From Callorhinchus milii (lineage: Eukaryota): a stretch of 64,000 bases of DNA. A model generated the notes under the pieces. That model saw nothing but the letters and a program-made list of their open reading frames with translations. It was not told the DNA's origin and searched no databases. Below are positions 35,751 to 47,530 of this stretch, in pieces (position 1 is the first letter of the stretch; every line of letters starts with the position of its first letter). A program made the position numbers and the translations under genes. The stretch is from the NCBI RefSeq assembly GCF_018977255.1, contig NW_024704743.1:112036001-112100000 (forward strand). Direction: 5' to 3'.

Positions 35751-37115
35751 AATCCATCTCGATTGCAGTTTAAAACCAACGAGACTAATTTGCGGTATTC
35801 ACAGTTTGGATTTGATGCCTTAATTGTGACTTAAGGTTACAAATAACTGTCCAATCTGCGATATTCACAAAAAGGCTAATTGGGATTTCCAAAAGCCGTC
35901 TGCGAGCGATAAAAGGCCAGAGAGCAAAGCTTCACTGGTCGTGTGCTCCGAGGTGTATCAGAGACGTCCCTCCAGCCTATGTGACATGGATAATGTCTCA
36001 AATTAGGGGTGAAATCCTTATGCTGATTTATCCTGAGGCTTGGATGAACCTCTTGGAATTCCTAAGGAAATAATTGAATCAGTTTCTTGGTCTAGGAGCA
36101 GTTTATTAATGTATGCCCTTTAGAGTTCAAGCTAGATTAGGTGATTATACCAAAATATGGAGTAGTTTCCTCATATTGTCGATCATACAGAGCCCTAAGG
36201 TTGGGTCATCTTTTATTACTCAGTCTCTATTTTACTTTCCTATTATTTTTCCGGCTGCTGTGCAGAAATAATGATATTATTCTTCACGCGCACATATAAA
36301 TTGTAAATTTAAAAAGAATATATATATTGATGTTTTTATTGAATGTTGCTCCTGCTCAATATAACATACATTTTGCTCTTCTTTGACACACAACCAACTG
36401 TCTGATCATTTATGCATTGGCTATGCATAGATTTGTGCCAAAATAAAATAAAATCCATTGACAGGACCCGACAGTAATATAGCAACTCCTGGAACTCAAA
36501 CCAGCTTCCAGCAGTCTGTGAAATAAGCCTTATCTGCAACGCTGCTGGACTCCCAACCTCGTTCAGTTCTTCATTGGTGAGTTTAAAGGTCACTGAGGAT
36601 GATACACAGACATTCTCCTTATTTCAGAGAAGGAAAGAAACCTGCATCGCAGGCTCCCACATTGTTTTCTAATGTAATCACCTTATACTAACAAAGAAAA
36701 GAACTGCATTATATTTACGTCTCACCGCATTCTGCTTCTGTGCTTGCCTTTTCGGCAGTCTTTACCTCAGTTTATATTAAGGCTTATCGTTCGGTGATAA
36801 AGGGAGGAAGTTCACAGGTAGTGACGGCAGTGCTTGTGTCGATGAAAGCAATATATTCCCAGATCCAGTGCCCGCTCTGCTGGTACATGGTATGAAAGTA
36901 AAATTGAGGAAGAAAGCAATTTTGAAATAACATATTGCAAACAGCTGGAGAGGAAAGAGACTTTTGGTGGCTGCTTCATATAAGAAGCTGACACAGAGAA
37001 ATGTAATAAACCAGACAAAACATCAAATGCCCAACATGGTTGGTTGGTCATTAATGGAATAGTAAGGTTGTTGCACCCTGAGTAAAACTGGGACTTCTGA
37101 AAGTGGTTCACCACT

Positions 37116-37437
37116 TAATAATAATAATAATAATCCTTGCATTTGATATAGCGCTTTTCACGTCGGAAGGACGTCCCAAAGCGCTTCACAGAACACACTG
37201 TAAAGTGAATTGACTGTATATTTGTGGGCGAACGCGGCAGCCAATTGCGCACAGCAATGTCCCACAAACAGTCGTAGATTGAAAATGACCAATTTAATTA
37301 TTGTTTTTAGTTTTGGAGGGATTATTATTAGGCGTGTGGAGTAAGGAAACTTGCCCAAGGTTTCTCCCTGCCTGGAATTGAACTCAGGTCTCTCACTTGC
37401 AAAGCGAGTGCTCTAACCACTGAGCTACAGGACTCCA
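37116..37437 (-). mobile_element. Young SINE family A, short form
   Basis: Nearly identical to 22726-23052. CCACTT occurs at both junctions. Confidence 0.95.
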
Positions 37438-38157
37438 CTTGCGTAAATCTGAGCACACAATTTTGAAAATAAAGTTTATTGCAATTAAACTACGGTTTTA
37501 TTCAATAAAATCCCAACAACGCCCTGATTCCATTTATTCACCTGCAAACACATAGTAACTACACTTTACTGTAAAACTCTCATGAGGCATTTTGAGATAA
37601 GACACCACACAAAATACAAGGATTATTATTAATATTAAGTTCATCGCAGATATTATAAGGATGAGCAGAAATTATTTAAGCCTGCAATATTTGCAGTGCA
37701 TCAAAAATCCTTAAACACTGCTCTGAAATGTTGCTAAATCGTTGAGGATACTAATTGTACTGGTTTAAATGTGAAACACATTTTTGAATGCGATGCAAAG
37801 CTGCCTGGGAAAATAACCTCTTTTGAGATAGGAAAGCTACCAGAAAATCTTCTGCTTTGATATTTGTGATCAAAGGAGTCTGCTGAGAAAAAAAATAACA
37901 AAAATGTTATCTTAGTCATATATGGAGAATGGAAACCTAAAGGTTGTGTAGCAATAAGTTTGTCAGTCTATAGCGAGCTTTGAAATATCACTATGTTTTT
38001 TAGCAAGGAAATCTTCCTTTCAAATAGAATTTATTTCTCTCACCAGTTTTCTCCCCTTCCCTCCCTTCCTTATTCTCCTCTCGATAAGATTTGGTTCTGT
38101 GCATGCCATTCACCTCTACCGAAGGGCTGTGAGCCTTGATGGTAAAGTGTCAGTAGT

Positions 38158-38403
38158 AAACCTGGATCCCGTCTGCCTGTTCAGGTGGATGTTAAGGATC
38201 CCATGGCGCTATTTGAAAAGAGAAGAGAGTTTCTCCCAGTGTTCCAGGCAAGACATCCTCCAAATAAAATTGATCACTCACTCCATGGTTGTTTGCCCAC
38301 AAAATAATGGCAGCTACTTACAGAATAAACTGTAAAGCACTTTGAGATGTCTCGACGACGTGCTAAGGTGCTATGTCAAATGCAAGGATTATTATTATTA
38401 TTA
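38158..38403 (+). mobile_element. Deu-domain SINE 3' half
   Basis: CCGTCTGCCTGTTCAGGTGGATGTTAAGGATCCCATGGCGCTATTTGAAAAGAGAAG...(ATT)n. Confidence 0.85.
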
Positions 38404-39859
38404 TAATCCTGTGTGATCGGATCAATTCTAGTGGTACTCTTGCCATCCAGCTAACCCAACACAGACCAGGGCTCGAGCCTGGGAATATCTGTGTAGCTCC
38501 ATGAATGAACTCTGTGGAGCCAACAGAGAAGACAAACAAAACATTTTTAAATTAATTCAGCACACAGAAGATAAGCTTCCTTTCAAATACATGTTTCTCT
38601 CAAGAGGGACATTAAAAAACATGTTATTGAGAAGAAAAATGGAAAAGACACAATCAAATTCTTAGCCCAAACCATTATTTAAATGCAATATATCTGACAA
38701 TGTGAATCAAAGTTGCAGCCATAAATAAAATGCGGTTAATGTAGAGATGATGCTTTTGTTAAATTAACAAAGACATGCTATCAAAACCGCAGAGAGCTTG
38801 TACTGTGTAGAACAATGACCCCTTTCCTCACATCATGACACTTCCAAACATTATCCAGGATAGTAACAGAACAGTTAAGAATTATTGCAGCCTGCTGAGA
38901 TATCACAAGGAACATGCATAATATTAGTTCGACTGGAATTTCAGGTTTGGATGCTATTTAACAATTCAAAGAATTGTTTATATGTCAGAATCTTAACAAA
39001 TAATAATAATCTTCCCATTTGGTATCAGTGCTTGTCAAAGTGTTTTACAGGATTTACTGTAAAGTGTGTTCACTGTGTGTGTGTTGGTGAAAGTAGCAGC
39101 CACTTTGTGCACAGCAATGTTCCGCAAACACTCATGAAGTAAATGGTCATTTTAATCAGGGAGATTATTATTTCAAAGGGACCATCTCTAATCTGGGGCT
39201 TTAAAGAACATTTATTTACAATAATAATGTAATTATTTATTATATTTAACATTATTACACAGTATACAGGGTAAATATAACATTATTTTACCTGATTGAA
39301 TCCATCTGAAAGAAATGGTCTGACACTTCTTTTGGCAGTGATAAAATGTCCCTTACAAAGTCACTTGGGGCAACCTTAAATTCCTACCCAGTGGGTGCAA
39401 GTCCACAACACAGATTTATGCATGACCAACTTTAATACAACAGTCACCCACAGAGAAGCCTCAAGGTTAAATCATGTTGAAAGTCCTTTCCATATGCTGT
39501 TATGAAGGCGGAGGTGAACCTTGTGAAGACCCTGGGATGAAATCTCATCTCAAGGGTTCATGTTTGCCTAAAATATACAATCACTGCACTTTACAGTAAA
39601 ACCCCGCCAAATGCTTTGAAATGTCCTCCTAACATGAAAGGTGCCTTATCAAGTACATGGATTATTATGGTTTTACCGCTGCTTTCAGGCTGCTGTGACA
39701 ATTACCACTGCCCCACTGCCAAAATCCCAAGCGGTTCATGTTTCATTTCTGATCAGGATACATGGAACCAGAATGTTGGTGTGGTATCACCAGAGCTCCT
39801 GTGCATTGCAGGCAGAATGTCAGGAGCAGAGAGCTAGCACAATACGAATATCGTATAAG

Positions 39860-40035
39860 CTGAATGGCTCGCTCTCTTAAGGTTCATCCAAGCTATTGGA
39901 GTCAGGGTAAAGAAAGCTTTATGTTGCATCTAGCCCCAGAACAACCTGAGCAAGCGTGAATATCACATTGTGGAGAAAGAGAAAATGATTTCATTCCTTA
40001 GCACTGTCATCCCTCACCTTGATGAGCGCAAAAAA
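39860..40035 (+). mobile_element. Ancient SINE 3' part, LF-SINE-like
   Basis: AGTCAGGGTAAAGAAAGCTTTATGTTGCATCTAG...CATCCCTCACCTTGATGAGCGCAAAAAA. Related decayed sequence lies at about 31060-31450. Family name is from memory. Confidence 0.4.
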
Positions 40036-40984
40036 TACACCTTTTTAACTGTTGTTTAATTACTTTCTTGAGGAATGGATCGGGAAAAAAATCACCGTTT
40101 CACCCGACGAACACTACTCTCAGTCATTGTCAATTCAAAGACAAAGGATTTAAGTCAGAATATAGTCAGCAATCATATAAAACCATTTTTTTTCAATGCA
40201 GCACAAGTAATGAAGTCTAATGACAGTTATTACTGTGATGAGTGTGTAGAAAGGGCAAAAGAATCTCCATTAGTGGTGTAAGTCTCATTTTTTACAGCCC
40301 TCTATAATACTGCATCGCATTTTATCCCAGCAAAATGAATCCCAAGGTTTCCTTTTTGAGGGATAATTGCAGAATATATCAACAATAATGCAGAATACAT
40401 TAAAGAAATCAAAAGAAGCCACTGCTCCTCTCATCGTTCAGCGATGCATCACATTTTACTCCAGTGGTCTTTAATAAATGCCAATTGTTCTGAAACATCA
40501 CAAAGCCAGGGCTGTTATGTGCTGATCCATTCATGATGCTGGCTCCCCCAAGTAATGCTTCATTTTCTAAAGTTAAGAGAATTTAACGCAAGAGTATAAT
40601 TAATAAATAAGACTTGCTGGCATTTTGTGACATAGAATACAAAAGCGAACTGTACTGTGCAGTAATTACACTCACACCCATAACCCCTGGGGCATAATTA
40701 TCTCTATGAATATAGAAGCAGATTCTGTTTTCAACACAGAGAAAGAACAATAACTCACAAGTGCGACAGACGCAAGCAAGTCATACAGAGCTTTTTCATG
40801 TCTGAAATAATGTGCCCGTCCCACACTGGTTTGTGTGATTTCTTTTTCTTGCATCTACATGCTTTTTTTAAAAACAAATAAACATATGTATACATATATA
40901 AAATATATACATGTGTGTTTTATTACATTAAAAATAGAAACAAAAGTGATTTGAATGAAACAATTCCTCTGGAAAATTATTGTA

Positions 40985-40998
40985 GTTGCCAAGGTAAC
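40985..40998. promoter_or_regulatory. RFX X-box-like motif in a repeat-free island
   Basis: GTTGCCAAGGTAAC, with an ATGCAAA octamer-like site 12 nt downstream. Confidence 0.3.
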
Positions 40999-41519
40999 GC
41001 AGCCCATGAAATGCAAACTGAGGAACTTCAAAATATAAAATAATAGCAAACAGCAGGCTTGTAAAAAAAATGAACAGAAGCAATGTAAAAGGCTGTTAAC
41101 ATGGGAAAATAAATATATTGTTTTACGGATTTTATTTTTGAAATCGCAATGCCCTTTTGTGTTCGCCAGCACATGAAATATTTTTTCCAGTTCTGTCAGA
41201 TCAAGCAGCAGCCCTGTAAAAGGCCTCCCCTGTTTACTGCAAAGGAAACAAAACCAGTGGGGTCTTTTTTTGCTATGAAAATAATACTGGGATTAGGTAT
41301 GTCTTGCCATTGAAATATAAAACAAATTAAAAAATGCAGTATATGAACAGCCATGCAAGACATTTTCCCAGAATACAATACATTGTTCACCAGATATACC
41401 CACACAATAAGACCTGCCTTTGGTTAAGCTTAATACCTATTTTGTTCCTGCTTTTTTGCACATCGCAAACCCTCCTGCTCACAAAGTATAGGAGGGAGGA
41501 ATGTGGACAGCATGCTCCC

Positions 41520-42090
41520 TGACCTGCACTGGCTCAGCTGGAAGCACTCTCACTTCTGAGTCAGATGGTTGTGAGTCCAAGCCCCACATCTCAAGTCAGG
41601 ACTTTGAGCTCACAGTTAACGCTGAGAGAGCACTGCATTGTTTGATTGAAATGTTAACTCAAGGTCCAATCTGCCTATTCAGTTGGCCATTCAGTTGGGA
41701 TGTTGTTGAAAGATCTTATGGCACTGTTCAAGAAGAGGAGGTTTTTTTGGTGTCCTGGCCAACAATCATCCAGATAAAATTGGTTATTTGTGGGACACTG
41801 CTGTGTGCACTGACTCCGGCCTTCTGCATATTTCTCATGCCCTCTGTTTCACCATTGGTGGTAACGCTTTCAGCCACTATGCCCCGAAACTCTGGAACAT
41901 TCTTTCTTTATCCCTCCACCTTGCCCCTTCCTTCAGGTCGCACCTGAAAACTTTTGTATTCGACCGTGCCTGTGGTCACTTCCCCCTCCCCATCATCATG
42001 CTCTGCCACTGTCAAGAGCTCTGGGACGCTACCTCTGAGTGGGGGGGCTAGCTAAATTCCAGTTCTTGTTGTGTGCAAATTGGCTACCTG
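41520..42090 (+). mobile_element. Deu-domain SINE containing an L2 3' fragment (41812-42072)
   Basis: ...GGGACACTGCTGTGTGCA / TGTGCAAATTGGCT rejoin around L2 sequence (SHYAPKLWN, SFRSHLKTFVFD). GTGTGCA occurs at both junctions. Confidence 0.85.
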
Positions 42091-42171
42091 GTCAACAAAC
42101 CCCTGAAAAAAATTGGTAATTTACTTCATTACCATTGCAGGTCACTGCAGTGTGTAAACTGTCTGCTACAC

Positions 42172-42532
42172 TCTGTAGCTCAGTGGTTAGAGCATTCGGC
42201 TCACAAACGAGAGACCTGGGTTCAATTCCTGGTAGAATGAAACGTTGGGCAAGTTTCCTTACTCCACAAGCCTCTGTTTACCTAGCAGTAAGTAGGAACC
42301 CGGTCGTTAGTCAATTGTGGGATCACTTTTCCGGGGGTAATAATTAATAATAAAAATAATAAATTGATCACTAAATCCACAACTGTTTGTGGGACACTGC
42401 TGTGTGCTTTTGGCTACTGCGTTTCACCCACAAAATATACAGTCAATTCACTTTACAATATCGTCTGAAGCACTTTGAGATGTCTCAAAGACGTGATAAT
42501 GTGCTATATCAAACGCAAGGATTATTATTATT
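42172..42532 (+). mobile_element. SINE family A, long form, full length
   Basis: TGTAGCTCAGTGGTTAGAGC...GGGTTCAATTCC...TTGGGCAAGTTTCCTTACTCCACAAGCCTCTGTTTACCTAGCAGTAAGTAGG...(ATT)n. Confidence 0.92.
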
Positions 42533-42929
42533 GCCTCATTCACCTACACTCATGGTCTCATCCTTGACAATTGTCGTAAACAATAAGACCGCACAGAGTT
42601 TAATGTTAAATTAAGTTTGAATTTAGAAGCTGGTTTTCTGCAGTTCTTTCTGGCTCTGGGTATGAAAAAATAACTTCCAAATTAAGAGTGAATTCAAGAA
42701 TTTTCCAAAATCCTGGAATGATTTAAAATTTTTAATTCAATGGACTTAAGGATAACATGAGGAATTTCAGGCTTCTCTGCAGAGAATGTCAGGTAAACAC
42801 TGAAATTTCACCTCCTTCATCCTACTCCAAAGCCCTAATAAAGTAAGTTCCTGGCTACTGTTTTGTTTTGCCAGTCTTGTTTAAACTTCTGTTTTCACTC
42901 ACATAAAAGCGGGCAAGTGGCTTTTATTC

Positions 42930-43315
42930 AATAATAATAATTAATAATCCTTGCCTTCCTGTTTCACAGGAATTACTGTAAAGTGTAGTTAACTTTGTAT
43001 TTGGAGGTGAAGTCCACGAATATCTGTGAAGTGAATAACCAATTTTACAGGGGGATGGGGAATGAATTGGTGGCTGGACACAGGAAGAAACTTCCTTCTC
43101 TTTTCAAATAAACCTATGAATCTACATATAATGTTGCACTGAACTGAAAGGGACCTAGATTTAACATCTCAGTTGAAAGATGGCAAACTCCCACAACTCA
43201 ATGTTCCCCCAGCATTGCAGTGGAGTTTCAGTTTAGACAACAAACTCAAATACTTTGACATGGTTCTTAAACTCACAACTTTCTGATCCTGGTGGGGGAA
43301 TGCTACAGCCATTTG
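42930..43315 (-). mobile_element. Deu-domain SINE, strongly diverged
   Basis: (AAT)n tail, GGACACAGGAAGAAACTTCCTTCTCTTTTCAAATA, TTTAACATCTCA and AAAGATGGCA motifs. Confidence 0.7.
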
Positions 43316-43439
43316 ATGAAGAATCATCAAACACATGGTATTTGAATGTTTCCTCATGGTTTTAGCTAGTATCCCATGAAGCACACCATCACTTTGCAGT
43401 CACTAATTTCTAATAATTATAATAATAATAATAATAAGC

Positions 43440-43795
43440 GCAACTGATTTAGTAATATAGCCTGATTGCCTTGTTTATTGCTGCACTGTTGACAGATCTA
43501 CAGATCCACTAGATCTCTTACAGCTTCCCCCTTGGCACGTTGTACCCTATCCATGGAATATATGCGTTTTCTATTCTCACTTCCTATACATAGTACCTTG
43601 CAATTATTTGTATTAAACTTAATTTGCCAGTTATTAGCTCATGCGTGTATTGTATCAAGTTCTCTTCGTAATATCTTTGCTGCCTCCTCCGATTCTTCAC
43701 TTCCCCAACTTGGTGTCAACTGCAAATCTGACAGCCTTATGTTGGGTCTGGGAATCCAGGCCATTAATACAATCAACAAACAGGAGGGGCACCGG
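43440..43795 (-). mobile_element. Old CR1 RT fragment, head-to-head with the next element
   Basis: Minus strand PLLFVDCINGLD...RFAVDTKLG, then NWQIKFNTNNCKVLCIG. Confidence 0.75.
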
Positions 43796-43871
43796 GATAG
43801 GAATACTGTGGCATCCTGCTTAATATCGTCCCCTATTTTAGGTAAGATGACGATCTTATAGTCAATCTATC

Positions 43872-45068
43872 TGCAGTTGATGTAGTTTATATGGACTTAC
43901 AAAAGGCATTTGACAAAGTGCCACATGAAAGACTTGTAAGAAAGATAGAAGCCCATGGTATAAAAGGGACAGTGGCAGCATAGATCCAGAACTGGCTGGG
44001 AGATGAAAAGTAGAGTTGTGGTGAACGGCTGCTTTTCTGACTGTAGGGAAGTGTACAGTGGCATCCCCCAGGGATCGGTATTAGGACCACTGCTCTTCTT
44101 AATATACAGAAATGATCTGGACTTGGGTATAGCAAGCACCACTTCCAAGTTTGCAGACGACACAAAGTTAGGTAGGGTGGTAAACAGTGAGAAGGATAGT
44201 AGCCAACTGCAGGAAGACATAGACAGAATGGTAAAATGGGCAGACACATGGCAGATGAGTTTCAATGTGGAGAAATGCGAGGTAATGCATTTTGGTAGAA
44301 AGAATAGGGGAGGCAATATAGGCTGGTAATACAATCTTAAGGGGGGTAAAAGAACAGAGAGACCTGGGGATGCAGGTAAATTAATCCTTGAAGGTGGCAG
44401 GACAGGTAGATAAAGCTGTAAAAAGGGCATATGGGGTACGAGGCTTTATAAATAGGGGCATAGAGTACAAGAGTCAGGAGGTTATGATTAACCTATATAA
44501 AACACTGGTTAGGCCTCAGTTAGAATACTGCGCCCAGTTCTGGGCACCACACTCCAGGAAGGATGTTAAGGCATTAAGGGTGCAGAGGAGATTTACAAGG
44601 ATGGTACCAGGAATGAGGGACCTTGATTATGAGGAAAGGCTAGAGAGGCTGGGATTATTCTCATTGGAGCAGAGAAGGTTACGAGGAGACCTAATAGAGG
44701 TCTTCAAAATCATGAGGGCATTTGATAGGTTAGAAAGGGAAAAACTGATTCCACTGGTGGGTGTGTCGGTGACTCGAGGTCACAGATTCAAAATAGTCTC
44801 TAAAAGAAGCAGAGGGGAGGTGAGAAGAAATGTGTAGCAGAGAGTTGTTCGAATCTGGAACGCATTGCTTGAAAGACTGGTGGAGGCCGATTCAATCACA
44901 ACTTTTAAAAACGCGGTGGATGGGTATTTGAGGAGGACGGGTTTGCAGGGTTATGGGGAAAGGGTTGGGGAGTGGGACTGACATTAATTGCTCTATTCAA
45001 AGAGCCGGCACAGACTCGATGGGCCAAATGGCCTCTTTTTGGGCTGTACGATTCTATGATTCTATGAT
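43872..45068 (+). mobile_element. CR1 LINE, 5'-truncated, about 1.2 kb, RT domain to 3' end
   Basis: VDVVYMDLQKAFDKVPH, SGIPQGSVLGPLLF, KFADDTKL, LVRPQLEYCAQFWAP, RRLRGDLIEVFK. Tail ATTCTATGATTCTATGAT. Confidence 0.97.
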
Positions 45069-45759
45069 ATCTGCAAGGGAGCCTGGTGAAAACAGGAGTG
45101 ATGGACATACATGGTTTGTGTGGGTAAGGATATAGATGGATCCTTACCTAATCTCAAGTTAGCTTGAGTGAAACCCATGGAGTCATTTCTGTATAGGAGT
45201 GAATAAACCAAAAGTAGCATTGGCGGTTGATCTTATCTATTCCTCTGAACACAATGATTTCACTCTGTAAGGTTACGTTAAAGAGCATGACGAGGAGCCA
45301 CAAGCAGAGCAGATTTAACATTTAGATTGTGAATCGGAATGTAATATACAAGTCCCAATTTATTAAAAATTATCTTTATTATCAACCACTGACCATATGA
45401 CATGAATTCTTCAAAAAAGTGAGTTCTGGTTTAGCAACTAATTGTAATAGGACTCTCATTATCTTCGTCATTACAATTATCTCAAACATATATCGTAATA
45501 GAGATAGCTGAGTAATTCAACAGTGACCTTGGCACTAATGGACTCATTCACTGAGCATACTAACCCAGTGTCCTTTCAACACATACAGATGCATTTTCTT
45601 CATGGGGAAAATGTGGAGCAAACTTGCTTTTCTTCACGAGAGGGAGGAAAGAATGTGGAGAGAGAGCAGAGCCAGTTTTGTGTTATTTTGTCATGATAAT
45701 ATAATGTTTTTCTCATATGATGATTTGTTTGAATAAGATGTATAACATAAACATACACA

Positions 45760-46041
45760 TGCCTCTGATTATCCTGCAGTAACTGGGAACCTGGTTATTT
45801 GTCGATTGGCAAATCACTTTCTGGGGGTAATAATCCCTTTAAAAATAATGATAATCATAACAATTTGGTCACTCAATCCACAACTGTCTGTGGGACACTG
45901 CTGTGCCCAATTGGCTGCTACGTTTCAACCCCCACAAAAAATATACAGTCAATTCACTTTACTGTATATTCTGTGAAACGCTTTGAGATGTCTCAAAGAC
46001 ATGATATATCAAATGCAAGGATTATTATTATTATTATTATT
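45760..46041 (+). mobile_element. SINE family A, long form, 5'-truncated
   Basis: GCCTCTGATTATCCTGCAGTAACTGGGAACC...GGGGTAATAATCCC...(ATT)7. Confidence 0.85.
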
Positions 46042-47530
46042 GTCCAGCCTGACACTCCAGAACAATGCTGGGAGAGTGTGCTAATTTGTCAGAGGTGCCA
46101 TCCATTGGATGAAACATTAAATTAAGTTCCCATCTGCCTGTCCATCTGCTTCGTCCTCCTTGATCTCTCTGCTGCCTCCGATGCAGTTGACCACTTTCAC
46201 CACCTCGTCTCTCACCTCAACCTTCATGGTTCTGTCCTTGAATGGTTCAGATCCTACCTCTCACTCCATCTCTACTTCATCTCCACAGGTAGTTCCCCCT
46301 CTCACCCCACACCATCTTGTGCAACATTCCTTGGGACTCTGTCCTTGGTCCCCCCCTCTTCTGTGTCTATACGCTCCCTCTCGGTGACATCATCCGCAGA
46401 CATGGGGTCAATTTCCACATGTATGCGGATGACACCCAACTCTATCTCTCTGCCTCCACCTGCGACTCCAGAACTACTGCTTTCCTGACAGAATGTCTGT
46501 CAAGACATCAAGTCCCTGGATAAGACCTAACTTTCTATTGTTGAACGTCAACAATACCGAGGCTCTCCTTATTGGCTCCCATCAGCGCCTCCTCACCTCA
46601 GTCACTGACAGCATCACCATCCAAAGATGCACACTCCACCTCATTGAGCCAGTAAGGATCCTTGGCGTCTTGTTTGACCCTCAACTATCCTTTCTATCCT
46701 ACATCCACGCCATGGTCTGCTCTGCCTTCTCCCACCTCCACCCGGTCACCTGGCTCCGCCACTATCTCACACCGCAAGCCGGCAAGACCGACCCTCATGC
46801 ATGTCTTCATAACATCCAGGCTCGACTCTGCAAACTCCCTGCTTGTCGTCCTCCCCAACTCCTCCTTCCATAGGATGCAGATCATCCAGAACTCTGCAGC
46901 CAATGTCCTCTCCCGCACCAGGCTCTGTGACCCTATCACCCCCATCCTCGCCCGACTCCACAGGCTTCCCATCACACAGAGGATACAGTTCAAGATTCTG
47001 ATCCTCTCTTTCAGGGCCCTCCATGGCCTTGCTACCCCCTAACACTGCGACCTCCTAGCCCCTGCCAGCATGCCCCTCTCTCCGCTCAGCAGGCTCTGGC
47101 CTGCTTCGCGTCCCCCGCCTCCCCTGCCCCACCATTGGCAGGCGGGTCTTCAGCCACTCTGCTCCCACCCTCCCATCCCGCAGTCCCTCCACCTCGCCCC
47201 TTCCCTCCTTCAACACCCATCTCAAGACCCTCCTCTTCAACTGTGCTTTCGATCACTCTCCTTCCCTCCATCCTCCCCAATCCCAACCCCCAGCTCTGGT
47301 ACGAAACACTAATTGTCTAGAACCTTGGGACGTCCTCCCAAACGTATACAAGTTATACAAATGTAATTTTGCTACTGTTGTAGTTCAGGTGACTGTTAAA
47401 GATCCCACAGAACTATTTAAAAAGAGAAGAGAATTCCTCCTGGTGTGCTGGCCTACAATCTCCCCAAAGATAATTGGTCACTCACATCATGTCTATTTGT
47501 GGGATAATGTTGTGTGCAAATTGCCTGCCC
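46042..47530 (+). mobile_element. Deu-domain SINE split by L2 (pieces 46042-46140 and 47383-47530)
   Basis: ...CCCATCTGCCTG / GTTCAGGTGACTGTTAAAGATCCCA... rejoin to the Deu consensus seen at 27210-27240. Confidence 0.85.
46141..47382 (+). mobile_element. L2 LINE, 5'-truncated, about 1.2 kb
   Basis: VLLDLSAASDAVDH, SVLGPPLF, HMYADDTQLY, SRLDSANSLL, QRIQFKIL. Tail CCTTGGGACGTCCTCCC. Confidence 0.96.

Noticed and set aside
3857..37437. All four youngest SINEs are on the minus strand
   Set aside because: Four of four on one strand has a one-in-eight chance, and older family A copies occur on both strands.
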